DNA from: a virus
Taxonomy: Duplodnaviria; Caudoviricetes
DNA length: 61,570 bases
IMG/VR virus record: IMGVR_UViG_3300036853_000133
Coordinates: 1-61,570 of that record
Reading direction: 5' to 3' (one strand)
Shown: positions 1 through 9,972 of the stretch, one piece after another
How the letters are laid out: every line of letters starts with the position of its first letter
Position numbering within the stretch: the first letter of the stretch is position 1
Notes under the pieces: generated by a model
Databases searched by the model: none
Seen by the model: only the letters and a program-made list of their open reading frames with translations
What the model was told of the DNA's origin: nothing
Program-made: the position numbers and the translations under genes

Positions 1-40
1 GTCCCGGTTCGAAGGGTTTCGGACTTTTTACCCCCCCCCT
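1..40. other. cos/packaging-initiation region (genome end)
   Basis: A G9 tract on the minus strand follows the HNH stop. Joined to the A/T-tract right end upstream of terS, this gives the HNH-cos-terS layout of HK97-like phages. Confidence 0.6.
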
Positions 41-434
41 ATAGGAGGGTACGAGTAAGTTCCATTGCCATTATTGAATTTAATTTCAGATCGAGCACTG
101 ACGCCTTGCCTTGGGCAAAGCGCCGCTCAATGCGCCGCTTGACCACGTCATGGTGCGGCCTACACGAGGGTTGCCAGTTGCGCTCGTCCCACATCAGGCG
201 CTGGTCGCCCTTATGTGGAATGATGTGGTCTACAACGTCAGTGACAGAGACGCGGCCAACCGCTTCACACCCTAAGCACAACGGATGCTCACGCCTGAAC
301 CCTCTTGCCCTGTGATCCCATCGGGTATCGTATCCGCGCTCGCGTGCGCTGCCTCGATCTATCTCGGCTTGGCGCTTGGCTTGATCTAGTGTTCCAAGAT
401 GTGAGGGCCTGAAGCTCTGGGGTTTCGATGGCAT
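39..434 (-). CDS. HNH endonuclease, terminase cofactor (HK97 gp74-like)
   Basis: SARERGYD..W, CLGC, VVDHIIPHKGD, NWQPSC..HH motifs; adjacent to terS across the genome ends. Confidence 0.9.
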   Translation of the reverse strand: MPSKPQSFRPSHLGTLDQAKRQAEIDRGSARERGYDTRWDHRARGFRREHPLCLGCEAVGRVSVTDVVDHIIPHKGDQRLMWDERNWQPSCRPHHDVVKRRIERRFAQGKASVLDLKLNSIMAMELTRTLL

Positions 435-438
435 CTAC

Positions 439-588
439 TTAAGACAGTGAGCGTCGCATCGAGAACGCGATTTGCTTCACCAGCAGGGGCAGCAAGTCTC
501 CAAACCAAATCAGCAAAACAATCGTGGCGCCCCCTGCGAAAGTAAAAGCGAGGATACCAGCGACAATGATGATCAATATGGTTCCCAT
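439..588 (-). CDS. small membrane protein (49 aa)
   Basis: Hand-translated MGTILIIIVAGILAFTFAGGATIVLLIWFGDLLPLLVKQIAFSMRRSLS; hydrophobic; below the ORF-track cutoff. Confidence 0.55.
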   Translation of the reverse strand: MGTILIIIVAGILAFTFAGGATIVLLIWFGDLLPLLVKQIAFSMRRSLS

Positions 589-602
589 ACCCTATGAACG
601 AC

Positions 603-627
603 AAAGCCCGGCACAATGGCCGGGCTT
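603..627 (-). terminator. intrinsic terminator in the late leader
   Basis: AAGCCCGGC-CATTGT-GCCGGGCTTT hairpin. Confidence 0.65.
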
Positions 628-732
628 ATTGACTGGGGTGACGCCGCCCAACAGTAGGTCAGACGGTATCTGACCGCGCGCTAGGTCCTGATTTCCTAGC
701 GTGTCGCCTTGGCGACTCAGCCTCTCGGCTGT

Positions 733-1338
733 TCAGGCTGGCTCGATCTGGTCTACGGAGGCGTATTGCTTGGAACTTCCGTTGAAGAGTTCGCACAACA
801 ACTCGATTCGCCCGTCGTCGTCAAGCCTGATGATCTTCATAACAATATCGGCCAACGGGCCTTCCACCATCCTGACGGGCTGACCTGGCTTGTACACGGA
901 ACCAGGCTTGGCCAGCTCAGCCGAGATGCGCTCGGCCTGGCGCAGCAACTCGACATCGCGAGGGCACAGGATGACGTGTTCCCCGTTCCGAACGTAGAAG
1001 CATCGGCCGTTCTGGCGCAGCCCATCGCAATTGTAGATCGGACCGAACCTCCAGCCACGATTGAGAGGCAGGAAGAGGTAGCCACGGAACAATGGCTTGA
1101 TCACCTCGCGCTTGCGCGTCGCGCTCGTTCGGCCGGATCGAACTCCGTAGTTTACGAGCTTGGTTTCCTTCGGCACGAACGGGTCAAAGCCCATGTCTTT
1201 CAGGTTCCGTTCCGCGCGAAGCTCTTTGTTCGGCTCTGTGAGCATCACGAAATAGCGCAGATCAACAACCGGGTCGCAACGCTCGATCAATGAACGAAGG
1301 TCCGCTGACTGTTCGAGCTTTTCCGTTGCCATCAGCAT
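733..1338 (-). CDS. NusG/RfaH-like late antiterminator
   Basis: NGN domain (YFVMLTEPNKE, KPLFRGYLFL) plus KOW (GQPVRMVEGPLAD); occupies the lambda Q position. Confidence 0.9.
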   Translation of the reverse strand: MLMATEKLEQSADLRSLIERCDPVVDLRYFVMLTEPNKELRAERNLKDMGFDPFVPKETKLVNYGVRSGRTSATRKREVIKPLFRGYLFLPLNRGWRFGPIYNCDGLRQNGRCFYVRNGEHVILCPRDVELLRQAERISAELAKPGSVYKPGQPVRMVEGPLADIVMKIIRLDDDGRIELLCELFNGSSKQYASVDQIEPA

Positions 1339-1379
1339 GTTCCCTATGTCCCTCTTCGTTGCGTGTAAAATTCAGAATG

Positions 1380-2231
1380 TCAGCGGTGCATGCGGCTTTC
1401 TTGCAACGCAGCTAGTTCGGGATCATCATACTCGCCAGACTCGCTCGCGGTCTCTCGGCGTGGTGGAAATAGCGTTGGAAACCACCATCCGGTTCGCTTC
1501 ACGCCGTCGATGATCATCGTTTTCGTCAGCGTCCAGCGAACGCGCTCAGTCGCGAGTTTGTGCGCCATCCAAGCGTCCCACGCTGGTGTTCCCATGTAGA
1601 CGAATATCGGTTTTGCGGCATCGGGATGCAGCGCGCCTTGGGGCACTAGCGGTGGCGCATGATATTTTCGGGGCGCGGCTGCGAATTGGCTCCCCGAATC
1701 CTTTTCTTTCTTGGATGGTTTAGTCTTGGAAGGTTCATCGAGACTCTTCCGCATGCACGCAGGTGCATGCGGACCGGATGCACAGGGAGACATTTCCACA
1801 GGCTCGGAGGCTGGTTCGGAGGTATTTTTTCCGTCGGCATGGCGTGCCGACGGCTCACCAGATATTGCGTCCGCGACCTCGATTTCATCGGGCTCGCTAC
1901 TTGCCGGTTCTTCCTCATTCGCGGTCGATTGCGTTCTGTCGCTTATCCATTCGGCCGGCGCTCGATCGAAGATAATCCAGTAGTCGCTGGCGCGCTGCTT
2001 GCCGTCTTCGGCCTTGCGCAGCTCCTTCCGGATGTAGCCGTTACGGATGAGATCGCCGACGAAGTTGAACACGGCGCGCGCCGAGCATGCGGCTTCCTCG
2101 CCGATTGTGTCGGCCTTAAGCCAGCAGTAGCCGGTCCGATGATCGGCATGATTGGCGATCGACACCAGGACCAGCTTCGGCCTGGCCGGCATGTCCTGTT
2201 CCAGCGCCCATGCGACGGCTTGGATGCTCAT
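1380..2231 (-). CDS. replication initiator with N-terminal winged HTH
   Basis: MSIQAVAWALEQ..KLVLVSIANHAD N-terminus typical of phage HTH_36 replication proteins; ATGA overlap. Confidence 0.75.
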   Translation of the reverse strand: MSIQAVAWALEQDMPARPKLVLVSIANHADHRTGYCWLKADTIGEEAACSARAVFNFVGDLIRNGYIRKELRKAEDGKQRASDYWIIFDRAPAEWISDRTQSTANEEEPASSEPDEIEVADAISGEPSARHADGKNTSEPASEPVEMSPCASGPHAPACMRKSLDEPSKTKPSKKEKDSGSQFAAAPRKYHAPPLVPQGALHPDAAKPIFVYMGTPAWDAWMAHKLATERVRWTLTKTMIIDGVKRTGWWFPTLFPPRRETASESGEYDDPELAALQESRMHR

Positions 2232-2629
2232 CGCGCAGCCTCGATCAGCCCGAGGCGTTTGGCACAACCCAAGAGCCGGCGACCGTCGCGCATGCGGAAG
2301 TATTTGTCGCCCTTGTTGTGAAGCTCAACGAGCCATGGCTCTTCGTCGTCGGTTAGATCCAGTCGGGCTTCGAAACAGCGCTGTAATACGGTGCTCAGAT
2401 TGAAGCCTAAAAGAACATCGACGGGCATCAGATCGTCTCGAATTTGCAAGAGCTTTTCCGCTTGGCGCGTGGAGAATTTGTCGGCGCGACTGTTTCGCGC
2501 GATGCTTTCGAGGAACGTCGTCTCCCATTCGCTGAGAGCGGTGCCGTAGACGTCGAAGACCCGTCGCGCCAACTTGCGGCACGCTTCCTGGTCTGCGCTG
2601 TAAGCGCTGATTTCTCGCCATGGAGCCAT
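2228..2629 (-). CDS. hypothetical protein
   Basis: Coupled ORF with LSEWETTFLESI..FSTRQAEKL motif. Confidence 0.65.
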   Translation of the reverse strand: MAPWREISAYSADQEACRKLARRVFDVYGTALSEWETTFLESIARNSRADKFSTRQAEKLLQIRDDLMPVDVLLGFNLSTVLQRCFEARLDLTDDEEPWLVELHNKGDKYFRMRDGRRLLGCAKRLGLIEAAR

Positions 2630-2699
2630 AGACAGTAGCGTCTCTTTCTTGCGAGTGTTTTCGGTTCGAACGCTACGCAACAGGATTGAAACGGAAGTG

Positions 2700-2945
2700 T
2701 CAGCGGATCGAGACTGTGTCGCCCCTTGCAATGCACGGCGGCGTGTGCTCGCACACGAACTGCATCGGATTATTCGGATGTCGCCAGGCTCTGACGTATT
2801 GCCCGTCAGGCTGATGGATGGTGATCTTCGTGATTTTGCATTGGCAGCATGGCTTTTCGTTCTGATCGCAGCCCGATTCAGAGTCGCATGCGGCAATGCG
2901 CTTCTCGTTGTCGTAGTCCCATTTGTGGCGGGTGGATTCGCTCAT
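2700..2945 (-). CDS. hypothetical Cys-rich protein
   Basis: ATGA-coupled ORF. Confidence 0.55.
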   Translation of the reverse strand: MSESTRHKWDYDNEKRIAACDSESGCDQNEKPCCQCKITKITIHQPDGQYVRAWRHPNNPMQFVCEHTPPCIARGDTVSIR

Positions 2946-3508
2946 CGCTCACACCTCGCAAGACGATATCCGCCGCGCGCTCTTACCGGCTGAATCTGCC
3001 AACCCGTCGAGACGATCTTGCGCGAGAGATACCAGCAGATGCCGCGCACACTTTCGCGTGAGGTCTTGATCAAGCGGGCAAGTTCATCGCCTTCAGCGAA
3101 GTAGTCCGGATCGACGCTATAGAGATTGAACAGGCGAGAGAGGATCTGGGTTTGCTGTGTGCCGCCGATAGCGATCAGGACGGAACCGCAACTGAATTCC
3201 CCGGTCATGTAATTCCAGACCGGCTGCCCTTCTGGCATCTTGGCGCACTTCGCACGCTCAGCGGCAAGCGCGTCGCTTTTGACCTTGGCTGCGCGTTTGA
3301 GCTTTCTGTCGGCCTTGGCGGCGCTAATCTGCGCAGGTTCTTGAGGCGGTTCAACGACGGGTGCAGGCTTGCCAACGGGCCGATATTCGTACCCATGGTC
3401 GCGACAGATACGTGCAACGCGGTCTTCAGGCCAGCCGAGTTGATCGCCCGTTGCGCCGGCCTTGATGCGTCGCCATGTGGCGGGGTTGTTGGGGGCGGGC
3501 TCGATCAT
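2942..3508 (-). CDS. putative DNA-binding protein (GcrA-like N-terminus, winged-helix C-terminus)
   Basis: Short N-terminal HTH; C-terminal IQPVRARGGYRL wing. Confidence 0.55.
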   Translation of the reverse strand: MIEPAPNNPATWRRIKAGATGDQLGWPEDRVARICRDHGYEYRPVGKPAPVVEPPQEPAQISAAKADRKLKRAAKVKSDALAAERAKCAKMPEGQPVWNYMTGEFSCGSVLIAIGGTQQTQILSRLFNLYSVDPDYFAEGDELARLIKTSRESVRGICWYLSRKIVSTGWQIQPVRARGGYRLARCER

Positions 3509-4314
3509 TTGCTGCCTGCCACAAGATCGATCAGCCAGAATTTGTCACAGCGCCGGATATCGACCGCGCCGACGTTCTCGACTACGAAACGGCGCACGGC
3601 TGCGTGGTGAATGTGATAGATGTCGTTCTGGCGCGTGGTGCCGCGCGTCTGCGCCTTGAGCCAGCCCTTCTCGATCCAGCCCGATACGGTTCTGACTTGC
3701 ACGCCGAAGAGCCCGGCTAGACCTGAGGCTGTATAGTGATCGTCGTCGCTGCGATCGCAGTGAAGGACGATGATCTGCCGCGCGATGGCGCCAGTGGTGC
3801 GCTTGAATCCCTTGCGAAGAAATATCTTCTCGATGTTGCCGGGAATCTTAGCTGCGTGCTGGCGCAGCAGTGCGATTTCAGGCTCCGACCATGGCCTGCA
3901 TGGGAACTTCTCGCGCGTAATCCCCAGCCGCCGCGCTCGCGCTGAGACCCATGCGGGCGGGCGAGAAAGCGAATGCGCAAGACGCGCAAGCCCTCCACGC
4001 TTGGGCGAGTTCGCATAGTAGCGGCGGATTGCATCGTCAATGAATTGCGTCGTTGTCCATCGCTCGGCGCGGCCGTCGTTCTTTGGTGCCCATAGGCCGA
4101 GCTTTCGCGCCTTCCAACGAATTGCGCCAATGCGCCTGTCAGGCAGCAATTGACGACAACGTGGTGCCCCTCCGCTGGAATAGTTCTGGCGCAATACTTC
4201 GAGTTCGAATTCAGTCCAGGGCGGGCGCCCGCCTGCCGGCTTGATCTCGATCCGCGCGAGAAACCGGTCAACTGTTTCTGTTGTCGCGACGAAGTCTGAA
4301 TGTTGATCCATCAT
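3505..4314 (-). CDS. multi-HTH DNA-binding protein
   Basis: Three Myb-like W(T/S)xxE repeats plus a MerR/Xis-like HTH (YTASGLAGLFGV..TVSGWIEKGWL). Confidence 0.7.
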   Translation of the reverse strand: MMDQHSDFVATTETVDRFLARIEIKPAGGRPPWTEFELEVLRQNYSSGGAPRCRQLLPDRRIGAIRWKARKLGLWAPKNDGRAERWTTTQFIDDAIRRYYANSPKRGGLARLAHSLSRPPAWVSARARRLGITREKFPCRPWSEPEIALLRQHAAKIPGNIEKIFLRKGFKRTTGAIARQIIVLHCDRSDDDHYTASGLAGLFGVQVRTVSGWIEKGWLKAQTRGTTRQNDIYHIHHAAVRRFVVENVGAVDIRRCDKFWLIDLVAGSK

Positions 4315-4538
4315 GCACTCATCCGTGTGTAGCGATAGCGAACTGTGCCTCGATGCGGCTCTGATGATCGGAGAACTCGCCCGTCATCAACGAGAAGCTT
4401 CAACGCGGTCTTGATCTGCGTATGCGAGATGCGACAGCCCATGCCTTGCCAAAGCTCCAGGGAGGTTGCAGGCGGCGAGGTTGGGACCACGCTCTCGATC
4501 CGCGAGACAGTTTCCGGGAGGATGCTCGTGCTGGCCAT
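4311..4538 (-). CDS. small winged-helix protein
   Basis: IKTALKLLVDDGRV..RYRY. Confidence 0.55.
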   Translation of the reverse strand: MASTSILPETVSRIESVVPTSPPATSLELWQGMGCRISHTQIKTALKLLVDDGRVLRSSEPHRGTVRYRYTRMSA

Positions 4539-4542
4539 TCGG

Positions 4543-6027
4543 TTACTCCCTCACTTCTGCAAATAGAGTCCCTGCGCCTCTGTCTTTATCGAGAGCGGAG
4601 GCAGCTTCGAGCTTTTCCCCAAGCCACCGCATGACCTTGACGGCCATCGAGTTGCCGAAGGTTTTGTATTGCGGGCCATCAGGGCATTGCTCGGCGGGCT
4701 TGCCGCGCCATGGAATGCGTGAGTGATGATCTGGGAAGCCTTGCAGGCGGGCACATTCGACGGGCGTTAGACGACGCACGGCCCACCCTTGTTGCACAGC
4801 GATTTGACCGCCCGAATTCTGATGGCTGTCTTTGTGTCCCATGGCGCGCAATGTCGGCGCGATATCACCAACGCCGAAACCGTTACGTCCTGAGGCTTTG
4901 CAATCGAACGCTATCGCAACGGGTACAAGTGGAATGCGGCGCCCTGTCCCATCCTCACTGGCGTCGAAGCCTTCAGCGCGCAATGTGTGGGCAACCATCG
5001 GAGCGCACCCTGCGGCGCTGCCGCAGTTCATCGCGAGCGTCCCGCTGATTTCGCCAATACTGAGATTCGTGCCGCATCCTTGAAACGCGATGAATGTTTC
5101 GCTCTCGAAATCCAATCGCCCAGCGGGGCCACCATGTGCGTTGATCGCGGTTGAAATATCGATCGGTCCTAGAGTGTTGTTTCCTCCGAATGCGAGAGGG
5201 ACACATCCTCCGTCAAGATCGAAATCTGTTCCGAGTCCGCCACCGCCTTGAGTGCGCGCAGCAATAGTTCCGGCAACTCTTTCCCCCGTTTCGCGGCGCG
5301 GCGGAGAATTCCCCTGCATGCCTTTGGGCTCAAATAGTACCGCTGCGGGATCGGCCCCGTTTCCAAAATCGACGACAACGAACACACGCTCGCGTCGTTG
5401 GGCCAGGCCGAAATATTGAGCGTCGAGAACCCGCCAAGCTGCCCGTGCGAGAGGCCCGGCAACCATACCTGCGTCAGGCCATGCGGGGCGGATGTCGTCG
5501 ATCTCATTGCTGTAGGTCCACGCGTCGTTGCCTCGCTTGCCAGCGGGCTTCGGAGTTGGAAGCAAGGGATCATCTGCCCCGACAAGCGCTCCCAAGAAAC
5601 AACCGAAGGCGTTGTCGTCGGTTGAGAGGACTCCGGGAACGTTCTCCCAAACAGCGTTTCGGAGTCCGTTTTTTTCCGCAAGTTCATGAGCAAGCACCGC
5701 ATAGGCCAGAGTAAGATTGCCGCGGGCGTCCGCGAGTGAAAGCCGCCGACCCGCGAACGAGAATGCCTGACATGGTGTGCCGCCAACGAGCGCGTCGACA
5801 CGGCCCAGCGTGGCCACGTCAATGGTGGTGAAATCGCCGTGGTTTGGTACGCCGTTGCACGCCAGAGGCTCGCCTGGGAGGTTTGAGCCGAACAGGTGCG
5901 CCAGCACAGCCGATGCGAATTTATCGATCTCGGCGAAGCCCACCGGGAGCCAGCCAAGGGGATGCCAAGCTACGGTCGCAGCTTCAATGCCGGAGCAAAT
6001 CGACAGATAGCGCAGCGGTGGGTTCAT
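4543..6027 (-). CDS. DNA (cytosine-5) methyltransferase
   Basis: Motifs I (SICSGIEA), IV (GGTPCQ), VI (WENVPG), VIII (QRRERVF), IX (RRLTPVECARLQGFP) and X (GNSMAV). Confidence 0.95.
   Translation of the reverse strand: MNPPLRYLSICSGIEAATVAWHPLGWLPVGFAEIDKFASAVLAHLFGSNLPGEPLACNGVPNHGDFTTIDVATLGRVDALVGGTPCQAFSFAGRRLSLADARGNLTLAYAVLAHELAEKNGLRNAVWENVPGVLSTDDNAFGCFLGALVGADDPLLPTPKPAGKRGNDAWTYSNEIDDIRPAWPDAGMVAGPLARAAWRVLDAQYFGLAQRRERVFVVVDFGNGADPAAVLFEPKGMQGNSPPRRETGERVAGTIAARTQGGGGLGTDFDLDGGCVPLAFGGNNTLGPIDISTAINAHGGPAGRLDFESETFIAFQGCGTNLSIGEISGTLAMNCGSAAGCAPMVAHTLRAEGFDASEDGTGRRIPLVPVAIAFDCKASGRNGFGVGDIAPTLRAMGHKDSHQNSGGQIAVQQGWAVRRLTPVECARLQGFPDHHSRIPWRGKPAEQCPDGPQYKTFGNSMAVKVMRWLGEKLEAASALDKDRGAGTLFAEVRE
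5169..5957 (-). CDS. nested alternative-frame ORF, M.EcoHK31I beta-subunit-like (true start probably internal)
   Basis: C-terminal SLSSILETGPIPQRYYLSPKACRGILRRAAKRGKELP lies in a shifted frame inside the MTase gene. Confidence 0.6.
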   Translation of the reverse strand: MAGSRWASPRSINSHRLCWRTCSAQTSQASLWRATAYQTTAISPPLTWPRWAVSTRSLAAHHVRHSRSRVGGFHSRTPAAILLWPMRCLLMNLRKKTDSETLFGRTFPESSQPTTTPSVVSWERLSGQMIPCFQLRSPLASEATTRGPTAMRSTTSAPHGLTQVWLPGLSHGQLGGFSTLNISAWPNDASVCSLSSILETGPIPQRYYLSPKACRGILRRAAKRGKELPELLLRALKAVADSEQISILTEDVSLSHSEETTL

Positions 6028-7151
6028 TCCGCAGCCTCCCCTATGATCTCTCCTGTTTCTTGATCGGTGGGAGAGCCGTCGTCTGCGCAGCGGTCTGCCG
6101 TTCCCTTCGATTGATTGCCCCAGGTGAAGAAGTTCGTAGGCAACACGTGCTGTTCGTCTTCCCGTGCGAACAGTTCGAGCACGGGAACGCCGCCGGTCAT
6201 GTCGTTGATCATGTCGCGGTAGTAGGTTGGCTTTGCTGAGTGGCCTGCGGCGCGCTCGCGATGGTTCGAACCATGCTTCTTGCCTGAATCAGGTTTCGGT
6301 AGGCCGTTGCCTCGTTTGAAGAGGCACAGCACCTCGTCTTGATCCCAGGCGATCAGCCCTAGCCCGTGATCATCCGGCATCTCTTCGTCAGTCTTGGTCC
6401 AGATGAAGCACGTTGAGTAGGCGTCGAAGCCCCATGCTTGCGCGACCGCCCACGCGAGCGGAAGTTTTATCTTGCATCGCCCGAGTGGCGTATCGATTTC
6501 AGTTGGGTGCAGCGCCAGCAAATGCGCCCGCGGTATCCACAGGTAGAGCCAGGCGTCGGGCAGCATGCGCTGCGCAACCGGCATCGCCAGGATGTCGTCC
6601 CATGACATGGTGAGGTACGTGTTTTCGTACGCTCGATCGCCGATGCCGGCTTTCCGGCTCCATGCGGGATCGGCGTAAACCACAGGGAATTTTCGGCCTG
6701 ATGGCTTCAGCGAAGTGGCATTGGATAGCTGCTGTGCAAGTGACCGTCGCGAGGTTGCGTTGCGCGCGCCGATCAGTGACGTGATCTCGTTTCGCTCGAC
6801 ATCCGGCCGAATTGTGCCGTCCGCGACCTTGGCCTTGAACTGCTCGTCATTGAGACGCGTCATTTCGTAGAGCGTTCCCCAGCTCGCCGGCAAATGCGAC
6901 ACGTGTGTCGCTTTTGACAGTCGCTCATCGGCGGCGATGGCCATTAACCGCTGTGCCGTGCGCGCTGTAAACGGAAGCTTGCTCTGCGTGAGCACCAAGA
7001 ATTCGCCATGCGGAAGCGCCGTCTTTGCCTCGGCGACCAGCGTGCCAGCGTCGAAGATGCCCTGCACGCTCTGTTGCCAACATGAGGCAATCCGCGTCGC
7101 CCATCCATCAACGCTTGACGCATCAAAGGTTGTTGCCAAAGCAGCGCTCAT
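6024..7151 (-). CDS. MT-A70 family N6-adenine methyltransferase with DUF3102-like N-terminus
   Basis: VVYADPAW, LYLW, WGF..FIWTK, HSAKP, LELFAR; N-terminal EAKTALPHGEF..RTAQRLM. Confidence 0.85.
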   Translation of the reverse strand: MSAALATTFDASSVDGWATRIASCWQQSVQGIFDAGTLVAEAKTALPHGEFLVLTQSKLPFTARTAQRLMAIAADERLSKATHVSHLPASWGTLYEMTRLNDEQFKAKVADGTIRPDVERNEITSLIGARNATSRRSLAQQLSNATSLKPSGRKFPVVYADPAWSRKAGIGDRAYENTYLTMSWDDILAMPVAQRMLPDAWLYLWIPRAHLLALHPTEIDTPLGRCKIKLPLAWAVAQAWGFDAYSTCFIWTKTDEEMPDDHGLGLIAWDQDEVLCLFKRGNGLPKPDSGKKHGSNHRERAAGHSAKPTYYRDMINDMTGGVPVLELFAREDEQHVLPTNFFTWGNQSKGTADRCADDGSPTDQETGEIIGEAAE

Positions 7152-7573
7152 TCCGGCGACCGCCCTGCCATGCGCGCCAACTCCATCACTTTGGTGAATT
7201 CTTCTTCGGAGAGGTCGGGGTGCACGGCGCGGGTAGTGCGCCCACGCGCTCGCATTGCCGGAATCTCCATCGACCGATTGTCGCCAATGATGAAAAGGTG
7301 AACGATCGCGTGATGGTTCGGGCAGAGCCAAGAGAATTCTTGATCAGGGTATTTGAACCCGCGATCATACTGCGTCGTCAGTGGGATGACGTGATGAGCC
7401 TGTGCAATCCCCTTGAACCGCCCGCAGATGACGCAGGGTTGGCGCTCTCCAGGATCGAATAGCTTACGGCCCGCCCATATCCACAGATCACGCTCCGACG
7501 CGGGCGCCTGCTTGCGATGCTGGACGCGCTGATGTGTGTCGTAGATGCGCTGAACGATTTCGTCGTTACTCAT
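7148..7573 (-). CDS. HNH-like Zn endonuclease
   Basis: CVICG, AHHVIP, LCPNHH. Confidence 0.7.
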   Translation of the reverse strand: MSNDEIVQRIYDTHQRVQHRKQAPASERDLWIWAGRKLFDPGERQPCVICGRFKGIAQAHHVIPLTTQYDRGFKYPDQEFSWLCPNHHAIVHLFIIGDNRSMEIPAMRARGRTTRAVHPDLSEEEFTKVMELARMAGRSPE

Positions 7574-8009
7574 GAATGTGCCCCGCTACCCATGCCCGCA
7601 TGCGCACGAAGCGCTGTTCAGGCGTCTCCTTTGACCAGTAGCCAGCACCCTCATCGTTTTCGTAGACGATCTCTTTCGCGAGAGCGTCGGCGATCTCGAA
7701 CGTATCGGCGACCGTCTCCGGGTCATGAGGATCGATGCCGCTCATGTCGATGTTGCGTGCCTTGCCAACCGCGCCGATGGCACAAACGGACTCAGCTTCG
7801 ATCAATCCCCAATGCGCGAACGAGACACGATCTGGCGCGGCCAGTTCATTGGCAATGAGGCGCTTAACCGGCATCGCATCGAGAGCCGCGAGCATTTCCT
7901 TCAGGAAGGATTTCCCGCACTTTCCACGAATTGCGCTCTTCACGGCCCCACGCCAGCGGATCAGCGCCCACTGATCATCACAGTCTTCGCTGTATCCGGA
8001 GCGGCTCAT
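7566..8009 (-). CDS. conserved phage hypothetical protein
   Basis: [24 protein letters not shown]; ATGA coupled. Confidence 0.7.
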   Translation of the reverse strand: MSRSGYSEDCDDQWALIRWRGAVKSAIRGKCGKSFLKEMLAALDAMPVKRLIANELAAPDRVSFAHWGLIEAESVCAIGAVGKARNIDMSGIDPHDPETVADTFEIADALAKEIVYENDEGAGYWSKETPEQRFVRMRAWVAGHIHE

Positions 8010-8296
8010 AGCAGCATCCCCAACGCCTGCAGATACGTCTCCAATATCGCTTCCTGCTCCGCTCGTTCGTCTTTGTCTTGCTTGCGGAGTTTCACGACCG
8101 CACGCAGGGCTTTGACGTCGTAGCCATTGGCTTTTGCTTCCGCATACACGTCGCGAATATCGTCGGAGAGGGCTTTCTTTTCTTCTTCGAGACGTTCGAT
8201 GCGTTCTACGAAGGCTTTGAGTTGGTCTTTGGCGAAGCGATGGGCGCGGTCTTCGGCAACGGCTTTGGATGCGCCGGATGCGGTTTGGGTTTGCAT
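8006..8296 (-). CDS. gapR: GapR/DUF2312 nucleoid-associated protein
   Basis: [55 protein letters not shown]. Confidence 0.93.
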   Translation of the reverse strand: MQTQTASGASKAVAEDRAHRFAKDQLKAFVERIERLEEEKKALSDDIRDVYAEAKANGYDVKALRAVVKLRKQDKDERAEQEAILETYLQALGMLL

Positions 8297-8307
8297 GCTC
8301 GCCCTCC

Positions 8308-9405
8308 CTAAACGTGGCACGGCATGATGACGCCAACGATATCGGCGTCATCCGGACTCTCGACGCGAATAGGATCGCCGGGACCGTCTATGAACAGACG
8401 AAGACGCGTGCCTCCGATCGCACTAACGACGGCCTGAATATCATCGAGACGCATTCCCACCTCGCCGGGATCGCGCCCCGAACAATCGCAATCGATATGC
8501 TCTGCGCCTTCGCCGAACTTTGAGCGCAGAACAACGTCGATTGACTCGACATCATCTCGCCAACTCAGCTTGACGACGGTCGTGAGTTCGGGATCGCGTG
8601 CCGTCAGGAGTCGACCAAGGCCTGCGTCGATATCTTCCCGCATGACCGCGATCACGGGGGCGGCTGCATCTGGGATAACGCGTGGATAGTCCGGATAAGT
8701 CCCGTCAATGAGCTTGCTGACATAGCGGCGCCCCGCAGCCTGAATTGCGATCAGATTCTTCGTTACTTCGATCTGTGCTTCATCGATTGCGCCGGCCGTG
8801 CGAACGAATTCAGCGCATGCTTTTTCAGGAACTATGACGCCCTCGAACTTAGGCGATTGAGCATCGGAGAAAACGCGCACGAGCGTGTGACCGTCAGTCG
8901 CGACAGCCGCGAGTCGGTCATTCATACGATGAAGGTAGATTCCGCACAGATACGCCCGACTGACTTCCTGGGAGATGCAGGCGTCAGGCGTCTTGAACAG
9001 GCGTGCAACCTGTTTGCCGGTCAGTGAGAACGTAACGGGGTCTTTGGGAGTCAGGACCAGCGGGAAATCAGCCGCCGGCAATAATCCAAACTGATAGCTC
9101 GATCGTCCGCAACGCACGCGAGCTAACACGTTGTCTGTGTCGCAGACGACCTGTGAACCGTCGGGCCAACCCATAATTAGGCGCGAGAAGCGATCCGAGG
9201 GCATCGCAACCGCGCCTCCGGATGTGACTTCAGCCGGGATCGTTGCCTGGCTACAAGAGTCCAGATCGTGGCCCGTGATCTTGATCGATTGTCCTTCCGC
9301 CTCGATCAGAAGGTGCGACAGAATCGGGATATTATTGCCCTTCGCGCGTGCCGAAACGACGTGCAAGGCCTCCTTGAGTGCGTCACGCTCGACAAGAAAT
9401 TTCAT
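8308..9405 (-). CDS. dnaN: DNA polymerase III beta clamp
   Basis: 365 aa; [44 protein letters not shown]. Confidence 0.95.
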   Translation of the reverse strand: MKFLVERDALKEALHVVSARAKGNNIPILSHLLIEAEGQSIKITGHDLDSCSQATIPAEVTSGGAVAMPSDRFSRLIMGWPDGSQVVCDTDNVLARVRCGRSSYQFGLLPAADFPLVLTPKDPVTFSLTGKQVARLFKTPDACISQEVSRAYLCGIYLHRMNDRLAAVATDGHTLVRVFSDAQSPKFEGVIVPEKACAEFVRTAGAIDEAQIEVTKNLIAIQAAGRRYVSKLIDGTYPDYPRVIPDAAAPVIAVMREDIDAGLGRLLTARDPELTTVVKLSWRDDVESIDVVLRSKFGEGAEHIDCDCSGRDPGEVGMRLDDIQAVVSAIGGTRLRLFIDGPGDPIRVESPDDADIVGVIMPCHV

Positions 9406-9411
9406 GATGCC

Positions 9412-9738
9412 TCAGATCTTCCGACCGATGGCGTCATGCAAACCAAGCATGGCGCGGTTGAATTCATCAGGTCGCGGGATGTCGAAGGTCAGCTTGCCAA
9501 CCGGACGGTCAAGCGCGTCGCAGACCCTGTGCGCGGCATCCGTCGCGGCGGTCAGGCTTTCCTCTTCCTCCGCTTTAAGGCGCTGAATTTCGTTGTTTTT
9601 TTCTTCGATCTCATCTTCGTGAGCGCTTTGGGCGGACTTTATCGCCTCTTTGGCGTCATCAATCGCCGAGGTGACCGCGCGTTGTGCCGCGTCGAGTGCA
9701 TCAAGGACACCTTCAAGTCTGGTATCACTACTTGCCAT
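9412..9738 (-). CDS. coiled-coil hypothetical protein
   Basis: GGAGG RBS; heptad pattern. Confidence 0.65.
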   Translation of the reverse strand: MASSDTRLEGVLDALDAAQRAVTSAIDDAKEAIKSAQSAHEDEIEEKNNEIQRLKAEEEESLTAATDAAHRVCDALDRPVGKLTFDIPRPDEFNRAMLGLHDAIGRKI

Positions 9739-9972
9739 TACCAACCTCCAATGTTGATCTTGTCCGCACACAGGCGTGATGGATGGATGAGGCGAGATCG
9801 TTTGCGTAGACGTCATGAATTGCATTGCAGATGTCGACGCTGGCGCAGTCGCTCTCATCGCAACAGTTCGGACATTCCGGCGGTGCTGTCGCCCTGACGT
9901 GGTTGTGTGTCCGTTCGATCATCTCGTTGAGTGAGGGGTGATCGCGATGGGGTTTGAAGGGATTGCGATGCA

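Noticed and set aside
386-616. 76-aa ORF in the track
   Set aside because: The 49-aa hydrophobic ORF at 439-588 in another frame fits the gap better.
7566-8351. Long N-terminal extensions of several track ORFs (7566-8351, 6024-7331, 2228-2896, 48130-48702, 55654-57207)
   Set aside because: They overlap upstream genes; internal ATGs with RBS or ATGA coupling give better starts.
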